Shown piece after piece: positions 56,875-64,000 of a stretch of 64,000 bases of DNA. The DNA comes from an uncultured Verrucomicrobiae bacterium (GTDB lineage Bacteria; Verrucomicrobiota; Verrucomicrobiia; Chthoniobacterales; UBA10450): the NCBI GenBank assembly GCA_963735805.1, contig CAVTMK010000002.1, positions 704,001-768,000 on the forward strand, given 5' to 3'. Each line of letters begins with the position of its first letter. Positions within the stretch are counted from its first letter, which is position 1. The notes beneath the pieces are model-generated. The model was given only the letters and a program-made list of their open reading frames with translations. It was not told the DNA's origin and did no database searches. The translations under genes were made by a program, and so were the position numbers.

Positions 56875-58596
56875 ATGGGTTTGGCCGAATACAAACGGAA
56901 ACGCGATTTCGAGAAGACGGCTGAGCCGGCCGGGAGCAAACCGTTGCCTAAAAAAGTCAAAGGCGCGTCGCGTTTTGTAATTCAGAGGCACGCAGCGCGG
57001 CGTTTGCACTACGATTTCCGGTTAGAAATGGAGGGTGTGCTGAAATCGTGGGCGTTGCCGAAAGGGCTCCCTTGGACGCGAGGTGAAAAACACTTGGCCG
57101 TAGAAGTGGAAGATCATCCAATCGAATACGAGCAATTCGAAGGGATTATCCCCGAGGGGCAGTACGGCGGTGGCACAGTCATGGTGTGGGACCGCGGCAG
57201 TTATTATGTTTATGGCGAGCAACCCCTGAAATCACTGCGCGAGGGCAAACTCCACCTTGTTCTCGACGGCGAAAAAGCAAAAGGCGAATGGACCCTGGTG
57301 CGGATTCGGGGCCGTGATCAAGCCAAGAATCAGTGGTTGATTCTGAAAACCGGAGATGATGCGAAGCCGGTATCGAAAAAAATGGAAGACCGTTCGGTCA
57401 AGACCGGACGCACGATGGAGCAAATCGCAAAGGCTCGAGATGCCGAGTGGCAATCCGGTCGCGAAGCGGAAGAGAGCCCCACGTCACAATTCAAAGCGCG
57501 GATCCGTGACGCCATAAAAAAAAAGACGAAAGACGCGTTCGTAAGTCGGCCACCTCGCGTGCGGGCCGAAAAGCGACGTAAACGCAGCGGTCTTCCTGAA
57601 ACAGAGTCCCTTCCAGGTTTGTCCTCCGCAAAAGCTCGTTTCATCGAGCCGATGAAAGCAAAGCTGGTTGAGGAACCACCAACGACGGGCGCTTGGCTTT
57701 ACGAACTTAAATTCGACGGCATCCGTCTGATCGGGGTCAAAAAGGAAAAAAAAGTTTCGTTGCTATCGCGAAATGAAAATGAATTGACTAAGCGTTTCCC
57801 CGAAATTGTCGAAGCGATAAAAGATTTGCCGGCACGCGAATGTGTAATCGATGGCGAAGTCGTCGCACTCGACGAAGACGGTCGTTCTTCATTTCAACTC
57901 CTGCAAGCGCGTGAGATGGAAGGCGGGAGGATCCCAGTTTATTTTTACGCATTCGATTTGTTGCAGCTCGACGGGAAAGGTCTGATGCCGTTGCCTTTGG
58001 AGGTGCGAAAGAACATTCTCGAAAAACTCTGCGCTAATTCAGGTGACCTCATTCGTTACTCGGGTGCGATTGGTGGTGATGCCAAACAACTTCTCCAAGA
58101 GGTCAAGCGTCGTGGCTTGGAAGGGATTATCGGCAAACAGCGTAACTCTGTTTACGAACCCGGGCGCAGAAGCGGCTCCTGGGTAAAGCTCAAATGCGTT
58201 AATGAACAGGAATTCGTTATCGGCGGATACACGCCGCCACAAGGGTCTCGCAAATATTTCGGCGCGATCCTCGTTGGTTATCATGAGAACAAAAAGCTCG
58301 TTTTTGCCGGCAAGGTCGGTACTGGCTTCACTGCAAAATCATTGTCGACGTTGTACAAGAAATTTCACAAAGAAGCACGCGATGCTTGCCCGTTTGTCGA
58401 TTTACCATCAAAGCAAAATGGGAAATGGGTGCAGGACATCACACCGTCGATGATGCGAAGAATGCATTGGGTGAACCCAGTCTTTGTCAGTGAAATCAAA
58501 TTCGCCGAGTGGACGCGGGACAAAAAATTGCGTGCCCCGGTGTTTCTGGGATTGCGCGAAGATAAAAAGCCCGGTGAGGTTGTTCGGGAGAGTTAA
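56875..58596 (+). CDS. ligD: NHEJ DNA ligase D (3'-phosphoesterase and ligase domains, no polymerase domain)
   Basis: PE domain: Y.RKRDF.KT.EP, FVIQ.H.A.RLHYDFRLE, EDHP. Ligase domain: YELKFDGIR, DGE, FDLL, EG, WVKLK, LRAPVFLGLREDK. Confidence 0.93.
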   Translation: MGLAEYKRKRDFEKTAEPAGSKPLPKKVKGASRFVIQRHAARRLHYDFRLEMEGVLKSWALPKGLPWTRGEKHLAVEVEDHPIEYEQFEGIIPEGQYGGGTVMVWDRGSYYVYGEQPLKSLREGKLHLVLDGEKAKGEWTLVRIRGRDQAKNQWLILKTGDDAKPVSKKMEDRSVKTGRTMEQIAKARDAEWQSGREAEESPTSQFKARIRDAIKKKTKDAFVSRPPRVRAEKRRKRSGLPETESLPGLSSAKARFIEPMKAKLVEEPPTTGAWLYELKFDGIRLIGVKKEKKVSLLSRNENELTKRFPEIVEAIKDLPARECVIDGEVVALDEDGRSSFQLLQAREMEGGRIPVYFYAFDLLQLDGKGLMPLPLEVRKNILEKLCANSGDLIRYSGAIGGDAKQLLQEVKRRGLEGIIGKQRNSVYEPGRRSGSWVKLKCVNEQEFVIGGYTPPQGSRKYFGAILVGYHENKKLVFAGKVGTGFTAKSLSTLYKKFHKEARDACPFVDLPSKQNGKWVQDITPSMMRRMHWVNPVFVSEIKFAEWTRDKKLRAPVFLGLREDKKPGEVVRES

Positions 58597-58681
58597 AGAA
58601 CAGTGGCAGGCAGCCTTGATCTGCCAGGGTTTGGGGCGGGAGTTTTCAATAGTTCTTCATAGGGAGGTTTTTTAGGATCTT

Positions 58682-59737
58682 ATGCGAATCGCTCAGGTCG
58701 CACCGCTTTACGAAAGCGTTCCGCCGAAATACTACGGGGGCACAGAACGAGTGGTTTCGTACCTCACCGAAGAATTGGTTCGACAAGGTCATGAGGTGAC
58801 GCTTTTCGCAAGTGGGGATTCCGAGACTAAGGCCCGGCTTGTCGCGGCATGCCCACGTTCGTTGCGTCTCGATAAGCACTGCGTGGATCGCCTGGCGAAC
58901 CACTTTGTCATGCTTGAACATGTGTTCCAACGGGCCACAGAATTCGATATCATCCATTTTCACGTCGATTATCTCCACTTTCCATTGAGTCGCCGCCAGC
59001 CGATAACACACGTCACGACGTTACACGGCCGGCTCGATATTCCGGACCTTGTTGCTCTTTACCAGGAGTTTCGGGACATGCCGGTTATCTCGATCTCCAA
59101 TGTCCAGAGAGAGCCTCTACCGTTGGCAAACTGGCAGGCCACCGTTTATCACGGGTTGCCGGTTGACCTGTATCGATTTCGAGCGCAACCGGGAAGTTAT
59201 CTTGCCTTTCTGGGGCGAATTTCGCCTGAAAAACGAGTGGACCGGGCAATCGAAATTGCCAAGCGGATCCAGATTCCACTTAAAATTGCCGCCAAAGTAG
59301 ATCGCGTGGACAGGAAGTATTTCAAGAACACGATTGAGCCCTTACTCAGTGACTCGCTGGTCGAGGTTGTCGGCGAGATCGGCGACAGGGAGAAGGATGA
59401 GTTCCTGGGAAATGCTTATGCTCTACTGTTGCCTATCGACTGGCCGGAGCCATTTGGGCTGGTGATGATTGAAGCGATGGCCTGCGGCACACCAGTAATC
59501 GCGTACCGCGAAGGAGCAGTGCCCGAGATAATAGAAGAAGGTCATACCGGTTTCATCGTGGAAGGACTAGAAGATGCGGTCGAAGCAGCGCGGCGAATTC
59601 CGAAGCTCAGCCGGAAGCGGTGTCGGGAAATCTTCGAGCTGCGCTTCACAGTCACTCGAATGGCCAATGACTACCTGCGGGTGTACGAGCGGTTAATTGG
59701 TCGCAAACAAGGAGAGCCGTTGGAAGCGGGCGTATAA
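58682..59737 (+). CDS. GT4-family glycosyltransferase
   Basis: Motifs MRIAQVAP..VPP..YGGTERVV, FLGRISPEK and EPFGLVMIEAMACGTPV. Confidence 0.93.
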   Translation: MRIAQVAPLYESVPPKYYGGTERVVSYLTEELVRQGHEVTLFASGDSETKARLVAACPRSLRLDKHCVDRLANHFVMLEHVFQRATEFDIIHFHVDYLHFPLSRRQPITHVTTLHGRLDIPDLVALYQEFRDMPVISISNVQREPLPLANWQATVYHGLPVDLYRFRAQPGSYLAFLGRISPEKRVDRAIEIAKRIQIPLKIAAKVDRVDRKYFKNTIEPLLSDSLVEVVGEIGDREKDEFLGNAYALLLPIDWPEPFGLVMIEAMACGTPVIAYREGAVPEIIEEGHTGFIVEGLEDAVEAARRIPKLSRKRCREIFELRFTVTRMANDYLRVYERLIGRKQGEPLEAGV

Positions 59738-61914
59738 TGGCTAAAGAAGTCATTCGCATCAGGGACGAGTTTTACATTCGTTCGTCGTCCCATCGCATCG
59801 ACGTCCGCACCCGGGTCCTGAAGCAAGCAGATACTTTCGCGATCTTCGACAGGTTCGGCGACATTGAGCCATTCGGCACTGGTGAGCTTGGCGTGTACTA
59901 CCAAGATACTCGGTTCTTATGCCGGCTGAGTCTAAAGCTGGGAAAGGATCGCCCTCTTTTGTTGAGCTCTACCATCAGGGAGGACAACGCTGTGCTGGCG
60001 GTGGATGCCACCAACGCTGATGTGTTGCGCAATGGTGAAATCGTAATACCTCAGGGAACACTGCATGTCTTCCGTTCAAAGATTCTCTGGGAGAAAGCAT
60101 GTTACGAGCGACTTCGAATCCACAACTACGGGCGCACACCTATTGAATTTTTCTTTTCAGTCGAGTTCGATGCTGATTTCGCTGACATCTTCGAGGTGCG
60201 AGGTGTTAAGCGGGAACGCCGCGGCCAGCGGATACCGACGCAGCTGGTACATGATGGGCTACTGCTCGGGTATGATGGATTGGATGACTGTATCCGCAGG
60301 ACAAGAATCGTCTTCGATCCGCTGCCCACACGGTTAAGTGAATCGGTGGCAGCCTACCAAGTTCGGTTGGGACCGGGCGAGGCGGCGAACTACCGCTGGG
60401 CGATTGTCTGCGAAGTCGGCGCCGATTCCCATGAGGAGGTCAAGCCTTGTTACGAAAAGGTCGTCCAGGAGGCAGCCAACGCACTGGAAGCGGCGCATGC
60501 ACAAGAGCCGAAGATTTTTGCGTCGAACGAACAGTTCAACGATTGGCTGAATCGCTCCATTGCCGATCTCCATATGATGCGGACCGAAACCTCGTACGGG
60601 CCGTATCCTTACGCTGGGGTCCCCTGGTTCAGCACGGAATTCGGACGAGACGGAATTATTACGGCGCTCCAGTGCCTGTGGTTTGATCCCAGTCTTGCGC
60701 GCGGTGTCCTTGCATACTTGGCCGCCACGCAAGCGGACACGGAGAATCCGGCGCAAGACGCCCAACCTGGCAAGGTGCTACACGAGACACGCGCTGGCGA
60801 GATGGCCGCATTAGGCGAAGTTCCGTTCAAGCGTTACTACGGAAGCATCGACGCAACGCCGCTTTTCATCATGCTCGCCGGCGCGTACTACACACGTACC
60901 GGCGACCGCGCGTTCATTGAGTCCATTTGGTCAAACGTCGAGCGCGCGCTGGCATGGATCGATCATTATGGAGACGTCGATGGCGATGGCTTCGTGGAAT
61001 ATACTCGCAGATCAAAACTTGGTCTGATCCATCAAGGTTGGAAGGACTCTCACGACGCGATTTTCCATGCCGACGGCTCGTCCGCCGAAGGACCAATCGC
61101 TCTGTGCGAAGTGCAAGGCTACGTTTACGCTGCCAAGCTGGCGGCGGCCAAATTGGCTAAGCTCTTCGGCAATGATGCCCAGGCGCGCGATTTGTCGAAG
61201 CAAGCGAAAACCCTCTCCCGACGATTCGAAGAGAGCTTCTGGTGTGACGAACTTTCCACATATGCGCTTGCGCTCGATGGCAGAAAGCAGCCCTGCAAGG
61301 TTCGAACGTCGAACGCGGGCCACTGTCTCTTCGCCGGTATTGCGACCGAAGAGCGTGCACGTCGCGTCGCGGCGACGCTCACGGATGAAACATCCTTCTC
61401 CGGTTGGGGGATTCGGACCGTCGCTACGAGCGAGGCGCGTTATAATCCGATGTCGTACCACAACGGGTCCGTCTGGCCACACGACAATTCGTTGATCGCC
61501 GCCGGGTTCGCGCGCTATGATCTGAGGGAATCGACAGCTACCGTCCTTGCCGGTTTGCTCGACGCGAGTTTGTTCCTTGACTTGCATCGTCTTCCCGAAC
61601 TGTTTTGCGGTTTTCCAAGACGTCCTGGCGAGGCGCCGACGCTTTATCCCGTAGCGTGTGCTCCTCAATCCTGGGCATCGGGTGCTGTGTTTCTTCTTCT
61701 CGAGGCTTGCCTGGGCCTGAACGTGTCGGCTCCGGAACGAAAGCTGACATTTTCAAAGCCGATCCTACCGCGTTTCCTCCAACAGGTGACGATCCGCGGA
61801 TTAAGGGTAGCAGACGCGCGCGTGGATCTGTTGCTGACCAGACACGACGAAGGAGATGTAGGAGTCAATGTGCTGCGCCGCGAGGGAGGCCTCGACGTCG
61901 TTGTGCTAAAGTAG
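59737..61914 (+). CDS. Amylo-alpha-1,6-glucosidase/glycogen-debranching-like (alpha/alpha)6 hydrolase
   Basis: Motifs AGVPWF...FGRD, PGK.LHE.R, YYGSIDATPLF, QGWKDS, YHNGSVWPHDN and LPELF. Confidence 0.9.
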   Translation: MAKEVIRIRDEFYIRSSSHRIDVRTRVLKQADTFAIFDRFGDIEPFGTGELGVYYQDTRFLCRLSLKLGKDRPLLLSSTIREDNAVLAVDATNADVLRNGEIVIPQGTLHVFRSKILWEKACYERLRIHNYGRTPIEFFFSVEFDADFADIFEVRGVKRERRGQRIPTQLVHDGLLLGYDGLDDCIRRTRIVFDPLPTRLSESVAAYQVRLGPGEAANYRWAIVCEVGADSHEEVKPCYEKVVQEAANALEAAHAQEPKIFASNEQFNDWLNRSIADLHMMRTETSYGPYPYAGVPWFSTEFGRDGIITALQCLWFDPSLARGVLAYLAATQADTENPAQDAQPGKVLHETRAGEMAALGEVPFKRYYGSIDATPLFIMLAGAYYTRTGDRAFIESIWSNVERALAWIDHYGDVDGDGFVEYTRRSKLGLIHQGWKDSHDAIFHADGSSAEGPIALCEVQGYVYAAKLAAAKLAKLFGNDAQARDLSKQAKTLSRRFEESFWCDELSTYALALDGRKQPCKVRTSNAGHCLFAGIATEERARRVAATLTDETSFSGWGIRTVATSEARYNPMSYHNGSVWPHDNSLIAAGFARYDLRESTATVLAGLLDASLFLDLHRLPELFCGFPRRPGEAPTLYPVACAPQSWASGAVFLLLEACLGLNVSAPERKLTFSKPILPRFLQQVTIRGLRVADARVDLLLTRHDEGDVGVNVLRREGGLDVVVLK

Positions 61915-61967
61915 TGCCGTTTTCGAATTGCGCTTGTTCGCAGGACACACGCAAATATGGTGAACAG

Positions 61968-62267
61968 GTGAAAGCAAGGGTCATCGTCATGCCCAAGGTC
62001 GCCGTCCTGGATCCCCAGGGTAACGCAGTGCGTGATGCCATGAGACACCTGGGGATGCCTGAAGTCCGTACCGTTAGAGTCGGGAAATACATGGAGATAG
62101 ATATCGACGGACAAAAGGGCGATCTCGAAAGGCGATTACGCGGTCTCTGTCGCGATTTGCTTTCGAATCCAGTGATTGAGGATTACGAGTTGCAGGAATT
62201 TGACTCCATTAACGAGTCAGTGACTAAAGTTCAAAACAAGAGAACAGGTAGGAAAAAGAACAAATGA
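61968..62267 (+). CDS. purS: Phosphoribosylformylglycinamidine synthase subunit PurS
   Basis: Motifs VLDPQG.AV, VRVGKY and LLSNPVIEDY; GTG start. Confidence 0.93.
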   Translation: MKARVIVMPKVAVLDPQGNAVRDAMRHLGMPEVRTVRVGKYMEIDIDGQKGDLERRLRGLCRDLLSNPVIEDYELQEFDSINESVTKVQNKRTGRKKNK

Positions 62268-62446
62268 AGGCGTTGCGATATTTTTTCTGCATTGTGTTGC
62301 CACCCCTTGCCGTCCTTCTGACAGGGCGTATTGCCAGTTTTTTTCTGAGCCTACTTTTGACTTTGCTAGGATGGATTCCGGGCGTTATACACGCGTGCCT
62401 AGTCGTCAATGATTATCATGCAGAGCAGCGCGCCGCCGCGCACTGA
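62264..62446 (+). CDS. YqaE/Pmp3-family small membrane protein
   Basis: LPPLAV...LLTLLGWIPGVIHA. Confidence 0.9.
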   Translation: MKALRYFFCIVLPPLAVLLTGRIASFFLSLLLTLLGWIPGVIHACLVVNDYHAEQRAAAH

Positions 62447-62451
62447 AATTA

Positions 62452-63189
62452 ATGATGAGGTTCGCTGTTATCCAGTTCCCCGGCTCAAATTGCGATCAGG
62501 ATTGCGTTGCGGCAATCAATGGACTTGACGGATTGCACGCCGAGTATGTCTGGCACAAGGAAACATCCCTTGATGGTTTTGACGCAATTGTGCTACCCGG
62601 GGGGTTCGCGTACGGCGATTATCTGCGTTGTGGCGCTATTGCGCGTTTTTCGCCCATCATGAAGGCGGTGATTGGTGGTGCCCGCGCAGGGAAGCTCATC
62701 CTGGGGACATGTAACGGGTTCCAGGTTTTATGCGAAGCCGGTTTGTTACCGGGCGCGCTGGTTCGCAATAGGTCTCTGCGTTTTGTTTGTGACATCGTCA
62801 ACACGCGCGTGGAAGTCGACGACTCACCATTCACGCACGGTTGCCCGAAAGGCACACTTCTCCGACTGCCCGTTGCGCACGGCGAAGGTTGTTTCTTTGC
62901 GGACGCAGCCACGTTGCGCGACCTGAACGCGAACCAACAAGTGATTCTACGCTACGCCGACGGCAAAGGTCGCGTTGTGCCGGAAGCAAATCCCAATGGG
63001 TCGATTGAAAACGTAGCCGGCATTTGCAACCGCGAGCGAAATGTGTTTGGACTGATGCCCCATCCCGATCGTGCGTCAGACGCCCGGATTGGCAGCACGG
63101 ACGGCGCGAAAATCTTCCGGTCAATGGTGCAATCGATTAGCGGAAATCGTGCAACCGACACGCCGGAGCGCGTAAAACAAGTTGCGTGA
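62452..63189 (+). CDS. purQ: Phosphoribosylformylglycinamidine synthase subunit PurQ
   Basis: Motifs FPGSNCD, PGGF.YGDYLR.GA, G.CNGFQ.L, AHGEG, NPNGS and MPHP.R. Confidence 0.97.
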   Translation: MMRFAVIQFPGSNCDQDCVAAINGLDGLHAEYVWHKETSLDGFDAIVLPGGFAYGDYLRCGAIARFSPIMKAVIGGARAGKLILGTCNGFQVLCEAGLLPGALVRNRSLRFVCDIVNTRVEVDDSPFTHGCPKGTLLRLPVAHGEGCFFADAATLRDLNANQQVILRYADGKGRVVPEANPNGSIENVAGICNRERNVFGLMPHPDRASDARIGSTDGAKIFRSMVQSISGNRATDTPERVKQVA

Positions 63190-63813
63190 GTCTCTTCATT
63201 AGTGGGACGGACACCGGCGTAGGCAAGACGTATACGGTCGCCAGGCTTTTGCAGCTATTCGGCGCATCCGGCGCGTCCTGTGCCGGCATGAAACCTATCT
63301 GCTGCTGAGATCGTCGTGACGCGGAGCTTCTGTTGGCGGCTGGCACTGACGGCCTAACAATCGACGATATTAACCCTGTTTGGTCAAAAACGCCTGCGGC
63401 GCCAATCGTGGGCAGCGTAATGGAGAAAGTGGATATCGACATTTACAATATCCTCTTTGCGTTTCATACTCTTCAGAATCGGGTTGAACACGTGATTGTG
63501 GAAGGAGTGGGCGGTTGGATGGTGCCGATTCATCGCGATTATTTCGTCAGCGATCTAGCCGTGGCAATGAAACTCCCGGTCTTAGCGGTCGCATGTAACA
63601 GGCCAGGTTGCGTCAATCATGCGGTCCTCACTGTGCAAAGCACTGGGGCTCGTATTGAACCCCGGAGGAGCGGGAATTTCCGATGATATAGCCACCCTTA
63701 CAAATGCAGATGTTCTCAGAAAAATATTCGATGTTCCGGTACTTGACGCATTAGGAGAAAACCTTACCGAAGTGCCGCCTGACTGGCGATTTATACTCGA
63801 TTCGACAACCTAA
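63186..63813 (+). pseudogene. bioD: Dethiobiotin synthetase pseudogene
   Basis: FISGTDTGVGKT and KPICC are followed by an in-frame TGA at 63306. VEGVGGWMVP and G..NHAVLT follow, then a frameshift near 63640-63650 before GLVLN. Confidence 0.88.
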
Positions 63814-64000
63814 CTGTAGCGTGTTGCGTCGATACAGAGTTGTACAAAAAGCGAACACATTTCAAAGCGTTCTCGGCATGACCTGCTGGGGAAATGGGAA
63901 TGGCATTCGTGCTGCTCTCCTTATTCATTAAAAAACGCTTATTATATGCTCTTACAAAAAACCCTACACATGAGCCAGCCGGTGGACGAGTGCAAAGCTC

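Noticed and set aside
63306..63308. In-frame TGA after Cys-Cys in bioD read as selenocysteine or readthrough
   Set aside because: The position most likely corresponds to Gly, I see no convincing SECIS hairpin, and a second frameshift lies downstream.

Overview
This 64 kb window is bacterial chromosome of moderately high GC. Protein styles and gene content (DUF5069, short EF-Ts, thrT-tuf-trpT-secE order) suggest a soil Verrucomicrobiota genome of the Chthoniobacterales/Ca. Udaeobacter type; that assignment is inference. It is mostly housekeeping: birA, nadC, a stand-alone 5'-3' exonuclease, recA, alaS, hldD, a cobalamin riboswitch plus btuB, rmuC, ctpA, tsaD, ispA, tRNA-Thr, tuf, tRNA-Trp, secE, nusG, rplK, rplA-rplJ-rplL-rpoB-rpoC, pduO, rpsB-tsf, ligD, purS/purQ and a decayed bioD. 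I saw no CRISPR array, prophage, integrase or transposase. Five things stand out. (1) A five-gene module at 51507-55303 encodes two paralogous His-rich outer-membrane beta-barrels, a secreted SGAT-motif FMN-binding protein, a divergent signal-less ApbE and a membrane cytochrome-b-like protein; both barrel genes carry the same 39-nt upstream motif at the same distance from the start codon. (2) At least three REP/REPIN-like repeat families are present, with copies translated in frame inside housekeeping proteins (clearest in TsaD; probable in AlaRS and HldD). (3) A candidate sRNA with an anti-Shine-Dalgarno loop lies upstream of nadC. (4) rplK and rplA are split by about 8.5 kb of secreted hydrolase/glycosyltransferase genes. 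(5) AlaRS carries an extra ~55-aa insertion in a low-GC patch. All annotations come from motif recognition by eye; no searches were run.
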